Positions 48,340 to 58,147 of a stretch of DNA of 64,000 nucleotides are shown here, piece by piece. Within the stretch, counting starts at the first letter, position 1. Each line of letters starts with the position of its first letter. The notes beneath the pieces were generated by a model, which saw only the letters and a list, made by a program, of their open reading frames with translations, was not told the DNA's origin and made no database searches. This stretch comes from an uncultured bacterium (GTDB lineage: Bacteria; Patescibacteriota; Dojkabacteria; J137), in assembly GCA_963700155.1 (NCBI GenBank), contig OY969472.1:1000690-1064689 (forward strand), read 5' to 3'. Made by a program: the position numbers and the translations under genes.

Positions 48340-49590
48340 ATGTACAAAACAAGTACGTTTTCTAGATCTTATGGATCTAGTTCATATAAGTCTGGCTATA
48401 AAAGCTCAGGCAATTTCAGTAGGTCTAGAAACTTTGGCAATAGAGGAAGTTTTTCAAGAGGCAGAAGTAATTATGGAAGAAAAACTGCAAAAATCTCTCC
48501 AGAAAAATATATTTTTAAAGCACCAGAAGTTGTTGAATCAGCTAGTTATGAGGCTAAATATAAATTTTCAGATTTTGATATTATTGAAGGTTTAAAAAAG
48601 AATATTGAAAAAAAAGGATATGAATATCCTACAAAAATTCAAGATGAAACTATTCCTTTAATACTTGAAGGAAAAGATTTAATCGGTTTAGCAAGTACTG
48701 GCTCAGGCAAAACAGCTGCTTTCTTAATTCCAATGATTAACAAAGTATATAAAATACATGGACAGCAAGTTTTAATAATCACTCCTACCAGAGAGTTAGC
48801 TATGCAAATAGATGATGAATTTAAGAGCTTTGCTGCTGGATCTGGAATAAGATCCGTTGTAGTTATAGGAGGAGCAAGCATGACAAGGCAGATGTATGAA
48901 TTGAAAAGAAACCCTCAATTTGTTATTGGAACCCCAGGAAGATTAAAAGATCTTTTTGAAAGAGATGCTTTAAAACTTGAAATGTTTAATAACATTATTC
49001 TTGATGAAGTAGATAGAATGTTGGATATGGGATTTGTAGATGAGATAAAATATTTAATCTCTAAACTTCAAAGATATAAGCAATCATTATTCTTTTCTGC
49101 AACAATGTCAAAAGATGTAGAAAGTGTTGCTTCTAAATTATTGATTTCTCCAATTACAATAAAAGCAGAAATCCAATCTTCATCAAAAAATGTTGATCAA
49201 GATATTGTAAGATTAAAACCTCATGATGATAAAGTTGAAGTTTTACATGATATTTTAATAAAAGAAGAAGTTAGTAAGGTATTAATTTTCTCAAAAACTA
49301 AAAGAGGTGTAGACAAACTTACAGATAAACTTTTAGAAAGAGGATTTAAAGTTGATTCAATTCATGGTGATAAGCCACAAAATAAAAGAGATAGAGTTAT
49401 ATCAAAATTTAAGCAAAATAATATTAATATTTTAGTAGCAACTGACGTTGCTGCAAGAGGTATTGATATTCCAGACATCTCTCATGTAATAAATTTTGAT
49501 GAACCTGCAACTTTTGAGGATTACATTCACAGAATTGGTAGAACTGGAAGATATAATAAAAAAGGTAAAGCTTTAACTTTTATTGGCTAA
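48340..49590 (+). CDS. DEAD/DEAH-box RNA helicase (DEVD variant)
   Basis: Q motif, TGSGKT, PTRELA, TPGRL, DEVD, SAT, ARGID, HRIGRTGR; RG/S-rich N-terminus. Confidence 0.95.
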   Translation: MYKTSTFSRSYGSSSYKSGYKSSGNFSRSRNFGNRGSFSRGRSNYGRKTAKISPEKYIFKAPEVVESASYEAKYKFSDFDIIEGLKKNIEKKGYEYPTKIQDETIPLILEGKDLIGLASTGSGKTAAFLIPMINKVYKIHGQQVLIITPTRELAMQIDDEFKSFAAGSGIRSVVVIGGASMTRQMYELKRNPQFVIGTPGRLKDLFERDALKLEMFNNIILDEVDRMLDMGFVDEIKYLISKLQRYKQSLFFSATMSKDVESVASKLLISPITIKAEIQSSSKNVDQDIVRLKPHDDKVEVLHDILIKEEVSKVLIFSKTKRGVDKLTDKLLERGFKVDSIHGDKPQNKRDRVISKFKQNNINILVATDVAARGIDIPDISHVINFDEPATFEDYIHRIGRTGRYNKKGKALTFIG

Positions 49591-49934
49591 TTTTCAGCGA
49601 TAACTATTCCATTAATATCACAATAAGTTAATGGAATGCTTTGAATTGTTAATTCTTTAACTATTAATTTTTGTATCTCATATCCATAAAGGATATCTTT
49701 TTTTAACATTGAATCAAGAATTTCAATTACTTTACTCAAATATTCTTTTGGAAAATCTATTTCTCCAACACCAAACATAAGCAATTCTTCAATTTCACTA
49801 GTATCGTTATTAAAAAAAACACTATATTTATCGGGATCATCATTATTTGCCGATTCTGAAATAATAACATCGCCCCACAAAGTGTGATAAGTAACTGGAA
49901 GGGAATTTATTTTATCCTCAAGTGTTTTATCCAT
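49587..49934 (-). CDS. Hypothetical protein
   Basis: 115-aa acidic ORF. Confidence 0.6.
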   Translation of the reverse strand: MDKTLEDKINSLPVTYHTLWGDVIISESANNDDPDKYSVFFNNDTSEIEELLMFGVGEIDFPKEYLSKVIEILDSMLKKDILYGYEIQKLIVKELTIQSIPLTYCDINGIVIAEN

Positions 49935-50096
49935 AAATCAAAAATAACAGATAATATAATTTATATATAATTACTAACTTTTTGTAAAGGATAAAATTTT
50001 TATCTTGTGAATTTTAGATGAATATTCTTTTGTTTTCTTGACAGAAGGAATTTGTGCCGATAGAATTAGAAAAATTTAGTTATTAATTTCTTTAAT

Positions 50097-50954
50097 TTGG
50101 CTACATCAAAATCATTAACAAAGGAAGAAGTGGTTACTATAAATTTAAAACCATTCTTAGTACCTGCTTCAATTGTACTTTCAAGTATTATAATAGGTCT
50201 TAGCTTAATTATAGGTTTAGGTAATTTAGGATTAAATTTAAAAGGAAGTGTTACTACCTCTAATACAACTGCTGACTCAACGACTGATACTTCAGGAAAT
50301 GTTGCTGGAACAAGTGCTTCAGTAACTCAAGATCAAATAAAAAGCTTATTTAGTAATCCAGCTGCTATAACATTCGGTGATCCAAATAGTAAATTATTAT
50401 TAGTAGAATTCTCAGATACTAGTTGCCCTTATTGTCATGTAGCTGGAGGTGTTGATGGTGCTTTAAATACACAAATAGGTTCTCAATTTACAATGGTTGC
50501 AGATGGAGGAAGTTATGTTGCACCTGTTCCTGAATTCAAAAAGTTAGTTGATCAAGGTAAAGCTGCTTTTGCTTATGTTTATACTACTGGACATGGAAAT
50601 GGGAAACTTGGAAATCAAGCCCTGTTTTGTGCAAATGAAAAAGGAAAATTCTGGGATGCTCATGATTTATTGATGAATAATGATGGTTATAATCTTTTAA
50701 ACGATACAGTTCAAAATGACGTAAATAAAGCAAGTACCCTTGCTGACTTTTTATCTAGTGCTGTTGATAAATCTTTTATGACAGATTGCTTAAAGAGTGG
50801 TAAATATTCTGATCAAATAGCTGCTGGTGATCAATTAGCATCTACATTTGGAGTTAGTGGTACTCCAGGTTTCTTTGTTAACACAACTGAGTTTGCTGGA
50901 GCATATAGTTTTACAGATATGCAGTCTGCTGTTAATTCAGCTTTGGGTTCATAA
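50097..50954 (+). CDS. Membrane-anchored DsbA/BdbD-like thioredoxin-fold protein
   Basis: EFSDTSCPYC, GVSGTPGFFVN, N-terminal TM. Confidence 0.88.
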   Translation: MATSKSLTKEEVVTINLKPFLVPASIVLSSIIIGLSLIIGLGNLGLNLKGSVTTSNTTADSTTDTSGNVAGTSASVTQDQIKSLFSNPAAITFGDPNSKLLLVEFSDTSCPYCHVAGGVDGALNTQIGSQFTMVADGGSYVAPVPEFKKLVDQGKAAFAYVYTTGHGNGKLGNQALFCANEKGKFWDAHDLLMNNDGYNLLNDTVQNDVNKASTLADFLSSAVDKSFMTDCLKSGKYSDQIAAGDQLASTFGVSGTPGFFVNTTEFAGAYSFTDMQSAVNSALGS

Positions 50955-50972
50955 AATTATTGAAATAAAAGT

Positions 50973-51007
50973 AATAAAAGGGGCTTTCTTCGAAAGCCCC
51001 TTTTATT
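50973..51007. terminator. Bidirectional terminator
   Basis: AATAAAAGGGGCTTTC-TTC-GAAAGCCCCTTTTATT between convergent genes. Confidence 0.85.
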
Positions 51008-51021
51008 TAACTCTTTGTTAA

Positions 51022-51684
51022 TTAGTTTTTTACTTCTACACCTCCAAGTACAGAACTACCTTTAATAGTTAGCAATGGTTTAGTTGTGTCTTGTGAACTT
51101 TTGAAATTATTCTCCCACGCTCCTAAAGCCCCTTCACTCTTCACTTCAATTCTCATACTTTCAGGAACATATATTTCACCTCCTCCAAGTACTGAACCTA
51201 TAACTAAAACTGCTCCTCCTGATGCAATTTCTGCATCTCTTAAATCTAATTTGAAACCACCAAGAAAAGCATCAATTTTACCACCTCTGAAATTTTTTGA
51301 AGTAATATTCCAATCTGCTCCCCAAAGTGTAACACTTTCATTGATTGTATCTGATGAAACAGTAGAACCTTTCATCCAATGTTTTTCTGTCGGTTTAAAT
51401 AAAATTGAAAGACCTATAAAAATAATTATCAAAGGCCAACAAACTGCAAAAATATTTACACCTGTAAACTCACTTATAAAAAAAGTAACTCCTATTCCTG
51501 TCAATAGCAATCCTGCAAAAATATTACTTCTTAGAAGTAAATATATGCCTATTAATATAAGTATAAAAGGCCAAAAACTAAGAATGCTGAACCCCAAATT
51601 TATACCTAACTGGTCAACAAAAAAACCAACCCCGAGGGCCACGAAGATAAGGCCAATAATTATCGAGGAACTGCGGTTTCTCAT
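51022..51684 (-). CDS. LiaF-like membrane protein (cell-envelope stress)
   Basis: N-terminal TMs with WP.ILI.IG repeats; C-terminal GG.KLDLRDA...GGGEIYVP. Confidence 0.8.
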   Translation of the reverse strand: MRNRSSSIIIGLIFVALGVGFFVDQLGINLGFSILSFWPFILILIGIYLLLRSNIFAGLLLTGIGVTFFISEFTGVNIFAVCWPLIIIFIGLSILFKPTEKHWMKGSTVSSDTINESVTLWGADWNITSKNFRGGKIDAFLGGFKLDLRDAEIASGGAVLVIGSVLGGGEIYVPESMRIEVKSEGALGAWENNFKSSQDTTKPLLTIKGSSVLGGVEVKN

Positions 51685-51813
51685 AAGATAAAAAGTTAAT
51701 AATTAAGATATATCAATACATTGAGTATATTCTATCAAAAAATAGATGTAAATATAGTGATTGATTTTGTTTATAGATATCATTAAACTGGATTAGTTAA
51801 GAATTAGATAAAT

Positions 51814-53889
51814 ATGAAACCCTTAAGGATTACAATCCTTTTTATTATTATACTTTCATTAAGTATATTTCTTGCAGCTCCATTTTTTAGAATCTCGGCA
51901 AATGTAGTATCTGGTAAATATCTAATTAAAGTTGACAATAATTTTGATTTAAATAGCATCCAATATAATGAAATTAATAACCCAAAAAATTCAAATGGTA
52001 AATGGCTTGAACTTAATATAAAAAATGGAGCTGATTTGGAAGCTTTAAGAAATAATTCACATGTTCTTAATATTCAAAAAGAGGTTAAATATCAGACTAC
52101 CGATAATCCTGACGATCCTTATTATAATGAATTTGGTGGTGTACCTCCATTTACTGATAAATATGATCAGTGGAACTTAAGAGTAATAGGTCTTAATCCT
52201 ACTTCAGGAACATCAGGCTGGAATAATTCAACAGGAGATAATGGGACAATAGTTGCAGTAATAGATACTGGAATCGACCTTGGGAATGAAGATCTTCAGA
52301 ATAATTTATGGACTAACCTTGGTGAAACTCCTGGGAATAGTATTGATGATGATGGAAATGGTTATGTTGATGATGTTAATGGTTGGAATTTTGTTTCAAA
52401 TAGTAATGATATTCAGGATGTAGTAGTTTCTGGGAATGGTAAAGGACATGGAAGTCATGTTTCAGGAATTATTGCTGCTGATAGTAATAATTTAAAAGGT
52501 GTAGCAGGTGTTTGCTGGAATTGTAAATTAATGATATTAAATGTTTTTGATACGAATTCAACAACAAATGATGCAATAGTCTATAACGCTATCATTTATG
52601 CTGTAGACAATGGAGCAAAAGTTATTAATATGAGTATTGAAGGAGGTGGGTATTCCCAAAACATGCAAGATGCTGTTGATTATGCGTGGAGTCATGGAGT
52701 ACTTGTAGTAGTTGCTGCTGGTAATGATGGAGATGATGCATCGTATTATTCGCCTGCAGGTTTGAGTCATGTTATAACCGTCGGGGCTTCAGATCAGAAT
52801 GATACTTCAATTGCTTATGATCCAATCACATGCAATTCTCTAGTTTGTTTTTCAAATTATGGTCAAAAGTTAGATTTGATTGCTCCAGGATATAATATTT
52901 TATCTACGTGGCTTCATACTTTACCAAATACAAGTTGTGTTGGTGATACTAATTATTTTTGTTTAAGTGGAACTTCTATGTCAACACCACATGTAGCTGG
53001 GGTTGCAGCATTAATTTACGATCTACATCCGGGTTGGGATAATCTTGATGTAAGAAATGCATTGTTAAAAGAAGCTGATGATAAAGGTGCAGCTGGTTTC
53101 GATTCATTAGATGGTTTTGGAAGAGTTAATGCATATAATTCTTTAGAAAATGGTACTTCTGTATCAGGAATTACTTCCCCAACAGTTACATTAAATACTC
53201 CTGCAAATTTATATTTTAGTGATAATATAACACTCAATGGCACGGTAAATGCTGATGATTTATATATTTATAATTTGAAGTTTGAAAATTCAGGAAATAC
53301 TGTTTATCTCTATAGTGGACGAGGAAGTACAGACAATTCGGAATTAATAAATCAAGATGTGGGATTATCAGAAGGTGACTATGATGTAACTTTGTCTGCA
53401 GAAGATTTTAATGGAGCTGTAAGTTCGACTACTCCACTTACTATTCATGTTGATTTGACCCCTCCATCAAGTTTTACTATAGGAGCTCAAACAAGTAATA
53501 CATCTGTAACCTTAACTTTTTCGACAACAGATTCTTTGTCAGGAATATCTCATTATGAAGTATCTATGGATAGTGGTACATATCATACAAAGACGTCACC
53601 GTATATTGTTACAAACCTAAGTGATGGTTCTCACACAGCACATGTTAAAGCGTACGATAATGCAGGTAATGTTAAACAGGTAGATAAAACATTTACAATA
53701 ACATCAGAAAATTATATTTTAGAATCGAGCGGAGATTTTAATCATGATGACGATGTAGATTTGTCCGACTTAAGTATACTTGCCTCAAATTGGAACAAAA
53801 ACAGTAATAATGGAGATGCTAACCATGATGGTATTGTTGACTTATCTGATTTGAGTATTTTAGCTTTAAATTGGAATAAAACATTATAG
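51814..53889 (+). CDS. Secreted S8 subtilisin-like protease with Ig-like domains and C-terminal dockerin
   Basis: Catalytic triad VIDTG / GHGSHV / GTSMSTP; duplicated GDFNHDDDVDLSDLSILASNW and GDANHDGIVDLSDLSILALNW. Confidence 0.92.
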   Translation: MKPLRITILFIIILSLSIFLAAPFFRISANVVSGKYLIKVDNNFDLNSIQYNEINNPKNSNGKWLELNIKNGADLEALRNNSHVLNIQKEVKYQTTDNPDDPYYNEFGGVPPFTDKYDQWNLRVIGLNPTSGTSGWNNSTGDNGTIVAVIDTGIDLGNEDLQNNLWTNLGETPGNSIDDDGNGYVDDVNGWNFVSNSNDIQDVVVSGNGKGHGSHVSGIIAADSNNLKGVAGVCWNCKLMILNVFDTNSTTNDAIVYNAIIYAVDNGAKVINMSIEGGGYSQNMQDAVDYAWSHGVLVVVAAGNDGDDASYYSPAGLSHVITVGASDQNDTSIAYDPITCNSLVCFSNYGQKLDLIAPGYNILSTWLHTLPNTSCVGDTNYFCLSGTSMSTPHVAGVAALIYDLHPGWDNLDVRNALLKEADDKGAAGFDSLDGFGRVNAYNSLENGTSVSGITSPTVTLNTPANLYFSDNITLNGTVNADDLYIYNLKFENSGNTVYLYSGRGSTDNSELINQDVGLSEGDYDVTLSAEDFNGAVSSTTPLTIHVDLTPPSSFTIGAQTSNTSVTLTFSTTDSLSGISHYEVSMDSGTYHTKTSPYIVTNLSDGSHTAHVKAYDNAGNVKQVDKTFTITSENYILESSGDFNHDDDVDLSDLSILASNWNKNSNNGDANHDGIVDLSDLSILALNWNKTL

Positions 53890-53929
53890 AAAAAGTTTCC
53901 TGTTTTAATTTAATTTTAAATACTATAAA

Positions 53930-55129
53930 ATGGGATTTATGAAGAAAAAAATATTAATCGTTTTTGTCGTAATTTTAAGTATATTTTTAACATTTCCAAA
54001 GGTTGACGCAGCATCAGTTAGTTTTTATACAACTGGAGGTGGAACTGTATATTACGGAAGTCAATTTAATATAAGTGTTTATGCAAACAGTTCAGATTCA
54101 TATAATGGATTTGAAATAAATGTAGATTACACAAACCTTACTTTTGTTGGAGTTTCTGCAGCATCTGGGTGGACTTGTATTGGTGGACCTTCTAATTCTG
54201 GTAATTCTGTTTATTCCGGAGGTTGTGCATTACTTGGAGGAAGTACAACTGGAAGTAAAAATATTCTTAATTTAACTTTTAGAGCTGTTAGCTATGCAGC
54301 AACAGCAACAATTAATAGCTCAGGTAAAATTACACTAGCTAATGGAAGTGGAACCAAAGTAAGTGGAGGCGGCAATACAGTTACTTATTATATAACTGAA
54401 GCACCGCCGCCTCCACCATCGGTACCAAGTGCAGTTAAAATTACTTCAAAAACTCATCCTTCTCAAAAAGATTGGTATAACAAAAATACAATAGAGTTTT
54501 CATGGAATAAAGAAGATGGTGTTGATGCTTTTAGTTATAGACTAGATCAAAAACCTGGTTTTACACCTGATACAAAAAGTGAAGGAGCTGCTACTACATA
54601 TACAACTGAAAATGTTCAGGATGGTATTAATTATTTTCATGTTAGAGCACATAATGATGTGGGGTGGGGGCCAGCGGTTGATTATACTGTGAAAATTGAT
54701 ATGACTGCTCCTGATCCTTTTGCTATTGCAAAGCTTGATAATGAAAGTGGTGATAAATATGTAATTTATTTTGCAACTAATGACAGCAGCTCTGGTATCG
54801 ATCATTATAACGTTGCGGTTGATGGTGTTGATATGGGGAAACAAGCTAGTGGTTATGAAGTTGATAAGTCTGTAGGTACAGTACAAGTTACGGCTTTTGA
54901 TAAAGCTGGTAATAGTATAAGTGAAAGTTTAGAAATTAATAATATTCCAGTAATAGTTACTAACGCACAAGGTGAAGTTCAAGGGTTTGTTTTTGATTTA
55001 AAATCAGCTTTAATTACTGTTGGAATTTTATTCATTCTTTTAATAATTGGTACTGCTCTTTTTATTTATATAAAGTATAGGAAGAAAAAAAACAATAGAA
55101 AAGCTGAGCAGGCACAAGCTCCTACATAA
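53930..55129 (+). CDS. Cell-surface protein: cohesin-like domain, Pro linker, Ig/FN3-like domains, C-terminal TM anchor
   Basis: Signal peptide; V..GSQFNISVY..NGFEINVDY..NILNLTFRA cohesin-like pattern; PPPPP; TM and KYRKKK tail. Confidence 0.72.
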   Translation: MGFMKKKILIVFVVILSIFLTFPKVDAASVSFYTTGGGTVYYGSQFNISVYANSSDSYNGFEINVDYTNLTFVGVSAASGWTCIGGPSNSGNSVYSGGCALLGGSTTGSKNILNLTFRAVSYAATATINSSGKITLANGSGTKVSGGGNTVTYYITEAPPPPPSVPSAVKITSKTHPSQKDWYNKNTIEFSWNKEDGVDAFSYRLDQKPGFTPDTKSEGAATTYTTENVQDGINYFHVRAHNDVGWGPAVDYTVKIDMTAPDPFAIAKLDNESGDKYVIYFATNDSSSGIDHYNVAVDGVDMGKQASGYEVDKSVGTVQVTAFDKAGNSISESLEINNIPVIVTNAQGEVQGFVFDLKSALITVGILFILLIIGTALFIYIKYRKKKNNRKAEQAQAPT

Positions 55130-55766
55130 TTATCTTATTGAGTTCATTTAGATTTAAAATCTTTAATCGACCATATCTTGTTTGAATTAAACCTTTAGAT
55201 TTTAACTCTCCTAATTTTCTAGTAGCAGTTTCTCTTGTAGTTCCGGCAAATGATGCAATTAATTCATGTGATATATTTAAATTGAAATCAATAGTATTTT
55301 CCCTCTTATCTCCTAAATTTTCTGCAAGACTTACTAATGTAGATATAATACGGTATGAACAATCGTGATAGATTAATTGTTTTGCTTTATTAATAACTCT
55401 ATTTACATTTTGGATATAAAGACTTGAGGCGTTACTTCTGGCATCTGGGTTTAATCTTAAAAAATCACCCATTACCCCTTTAGGTATTATCCTAAGTTCA
55501 GATTCTGTTAAAGTTTCATAAAAACATAGTGCAGTCTCATCTCCCTCAAAGTATGGATTTAATGGTAATAAAGAATTATTTTTAAATATACTAATACTTA
55601 ATTCATTTCCATCAACTGATGTAACAAAACTTCTGATAAATCCTCTCTCTAGAAAGTAAAAATTTTCAGATGTGGAATTGGGAGTTAGTATTATTCTCCG
55701 TGGTGGTAAAACATGGATAGAATGTAAAAGGCAGAAGTTCTTGATTTTTTCAGATGTCTTCACCAT
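55122..55766 (-). CDS. Crp/Fnr-family transcriptional regulator
   Basis: cNMP-type domain (FYFLERG..DGNE); HTH ISHELIASFAGTTRETATR; ATG at 55766 chosen (TTG at 55820 is the alternative). Confidence 0.92.
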   Translation of the reverse strand: MVKTSEKIKNFCLLHSIHVLPPRRIILTPNSTSENFYFLERGFIRSFVTSVDGNELSISIFKNNSLLPLNPYFEGDETALCFYETLTESELRIIPKGVMGDFLRLNPDARSNASSLYIQNVNRVINKAKQLIYHDCSYRIISTLVSLAENLGDKRENTIDFNLNISHELIASFAGTTRETATRKLGELKSKGLIQTRYGRLKILNLNELNKIIM

Positions 55767-55865
55767 TAATATAGTACTAAAAATCTTAGTAATATACTCT
55801 CTTATTGACTGAGTATACAATATATATATTATTCGTCAAGACTGAACAATGCTATCAGCTATAAG

Positions 55866-55881
55866 TGTGATTATTATCACT
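55866..55881 (+). promoter_or_regulatory. CRP-type box 1
   Basis: TGTGA-TTATTA-TCACT, with -10-like TAAATT after a 21-nt gap. Confidence 0.8.
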
Positions 55882-55948
55882 GTGTTTAATTTAATATTAT
55901 TCTAAATTTCATCTAAAGTCCAAATATTTTATTTTTTATTTTTTATTT

Positions 55949-56590
55949 ATGACCAGAATACTTTCTGGATTACTATTAGTTACTATGCTAGTAGTTTCAG
56001 TGGGAGGCGCAACTTTAGCACTTTTTAGTGACCAGTCAGATATAAAAGGCTTAACTGTAAGCGCAGGTAATGCAAATATCCAATTGGGTTACACTAATGC
56101 TCCTAATAGTCATGTGTTTTTACCAGGCGATTTAGATTTTGGCGGGTCACCTTTTGAAGGCCCCTTATATCCTGGATATCATGCAGGGGTAGTAACTAAT
56201 TTAGATGCTAAAGATTTGTGGGTTGCAAATGTAAGTGCTGCACCTGTTGCTCTTAATTTATCAATGAAATTGACTACATTACCAACAAATTGGGGTAACC
56301 AATTATCATATGCTATAGAAGTTTTAGTAAAAGATGAAAATAGTGGTTTAAACACTGGCTGGATCACTATGACAAGATGGGATGATGCTTATGTTGATTT
56401 ACCTGGTGGATCACTTGCATCAGGTACTTCTAGAAGGTTCTTTATATTTACTAGAGTTCCATTTCATTATGGAGATAATGATTCTTCCTATGCTGGTGGA
56501 CCTACTTTAGGTTCAGATATAGGAAATGAGATTGCAAATCAGACATTATCTGGTGGAGCATTCACAGTATTAGGTGAACAAGTTCCTTAA
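55949..56590 (+). CDS. TasA/camelysin-like protein 1 (SipW-type signal peptide)
   Basis: GGATLA-LFSD...VSAGN; C-terminal GNEIANQTL..FTVLGEQ. Confidence 0.8.
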   Translation: MTRILSGLLLVTMLVVSVGGATLALFSDQSDIKGLTVSAGNANIQLGYTNAPNSHVFLPGDLDFGGSPFEGPLYPGYHAGVVTNLDAKDLWVANVSAAPVALNLSMKLTTLPTNWGNQLSYAIEVLVKDENSGLNTGWITMTRWDDAYVDLPGGSLASGTSRRFFIFTRVPFHYGDNDSSYAGGPTLGSDIGNEIANQTLSGGAFTVLGEQVP

Positions 56591-56607
56591 TTCTAAAAAT
56601 AGGTTAA

Positions 56608-56634
56608 AAGGGCTCAAATGGAATTTGAGCCCTT
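56608..56634 (+). terminator. Hairpin terminator
   Basis: AAGGGCTCAAAT-GGA-ATTTGAGCCCTT. Confidence 0.75.
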
Positions 56635-56688
56635 CCTATTTATCTTCGTAAAATTATTCCTTTGCTATATACGTTTATAGAATATAAT

Positions 56689-56704
56689 TGTGATATTTAT
56701 CACA
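56689..56704 (+). promoter_or_regulatory. CRP-type box 2 (near consensus)
   Basis: AATTGTGA-TATTTA-TCACATTT, with TAAAAT after a 21-nt gap. Confidence 0.85.
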
Positions 56705-56766
56705 TTTAATTATTTCTATATTTTCTAAAATTTAAATATCTCTTTTTTATTTTTTAATTTAATTTT

Positions 56767-57300
56767 ATGAAACGGATTTATGCTGCGTTTATAGTGATTA
56801 TTCTGCTTGCAGTTGGAGTAGGAGCAGCAACTTATGCTCTACTATCTGATACTGCAAAAGTAGATGGTATAACACTTGCTACAGGTAATGCAGATATTCA
56901 AATATCAGATGATAGTTTAAACTTCGTTGAAGATTATCCTGTCTCAGATAGTATAACTGGTTTGGTACCAGGTTATCAAAGTCCTACAATAAATTTCCAT
57001 TTAAAAAATAATGGTACAGTAGACCTTCATGTCACTGTAAGGCTTACTCATGCAGATGATGATTGGGCAGCTTTGAAAGATAATGTATATATTCATGTAA
57101 TATCAGCAGATACTGGTATTGATCATGATTTTACACTAGCACAATGGAATTCAACTGACAGGGATCTTGGTAATTTAAGCGTTGGAAGTACTGCAGAATA
57201 TTCTGTTGATGTTCATGTTCCTTCATCAGTTGGAAATGAGATTGCAAATAAACAAATTAATAATGTTACTTTTATTGTAACTGGAACGCAGATTCTTTAA
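56767..57300 (+). CDS. TasA/camelysin-like protein 2
   Basis: GAATYA-LLSD...ATGNADI; GLVPG; LKNNGT; GNEIANK..FIVTGTQ. Confidence 0.85.
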   Translation: MKRIYAAFIVIILLAVGVGAATYALLSDTAKVDGITLATGNADIQISDDSLNFVEDYPVSDSITGLVPGYQSPTINFHLKNNGTVDLHVTVRLTHADDDWAALKDNVYIHVISADTGIDHDFTLAQWNSTDRDLGNLSVGSTAEYSVDVHVPSSVGNEIANKQINNVTFIVTGTQIL

Positions 57301-57356
57301 GAATTAAGTAGTAAGTAATTTTAATATTTAACTCTTTTATATATTAGTTTAACTTT

Positions 57357-57893
57357 ATGAAGCGAATATATGCTGGTTTTATGATAGTGATTCTGCTTGC
57401 AGCGGGTGTTGGAGCAGCAACTTATGCTTTTTTATTTGATAACGCAACAGTAGAAGGAATTTCTATCTCAACAGGAAATGCTGATATTCAAATATGGGAT
57501 GGTTCTGAATATAAAGACTACTGGTTTGTTGGAGCAGCTTTAAATGGATTGTATCCAGGTGCTAGTGAGATTGTTGATGCTAAATTAAAAAATGCAAGTA
57601 CTTCTGATATACCACTTAAAGTTTCATTACAATTAACAAGTGCTGGTGGTGATTGGGGGGCACTTAAAGATGCAATTAAAATTAAAGTTGCAGACAATAC
57701 TAATACAACAGTATATCTTAACAAGACATTATCTGAACTTAATTCTCAAGCTTGGGACTTTGGTCCTGATATCCCTTTTGGTGGTGATCAAGAATATAAA
57801 ATAACAGTGTATATTCCTGATTCATTTGGAAATGAAATTAAGAATAAGACCATTAATCCTGTTCAATTTGTAATAACAGGTACACAGGATTAA
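57357..57893 (+). CDS. TasA/camelysin-like protein 3
   Basis: GAATYA-FLFD...STGNADI; GLYPG; LKN; GNEIKNK..FVITGTQ; close paralog of protein 2. Confidence 0.85.
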   Translation: MKRIYAGFMIVILLAAGVGAATYAFLFDNATVEGISISTGNADIQIWDGSEYKDYWFVGAALNGLYPGASEIVDAKLKNASTSDIPLKVSLQLTSAGGDWGALKDAIKIKVADNTNTTVYLNKTLSELNSQAWDFGPDIPFGGDQEYKITVYIPDSFGNEIKNKTINPVQFVITGTQD

Positions 57894-57917
57894 TTTTGGT
57901 TATTGAAGTGATTGTTT

Positions 57918-57946
57918 AGGCGCTTAAATTGAAAATTTAAGCGCCT
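57918..57946 (+). terminator. Hairpin terminator
   Basis: AGGCGCTTAAATT-GAA-AATTTAAGCGCCT. Confidence 0.75.
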
Positions 57947-58070
57947 TTAATATATTTATATAATTAACATCAATATAAATTTAACAATTTTAGTAATATA
58001 TTCAAATATACATTATATATACAGTAAAAATTAAATTAATATAAAGTAGTTATAAATAAATAGAATTAAT

Positions 58071-58086
58071 TGTGATTTATATCACT
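58071..58086 (+). promoter_or_regulatory. CRP-type box 3
   Basis: TGTGA-TTTATA-TCACT, with TAAATT after a 21-nt gap. Confidence 0.8.
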
Positions 58087-58147
58087 GTTATAATTTCATT
58101 TATGTTTTAAATTAATCGTAAATATTTTATTTCTTATATATTATTTT

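Noticed and set aside
51086-51691. 201-aa plus-strand ORF and other antisense ORFs in the track (e.g. 28933-29337, 31115-31465, 54542-54886, 62597-62962)
   Set aside because: They lie antisense to well-supported genes and have no independent motifs; treated as shadow ORFs
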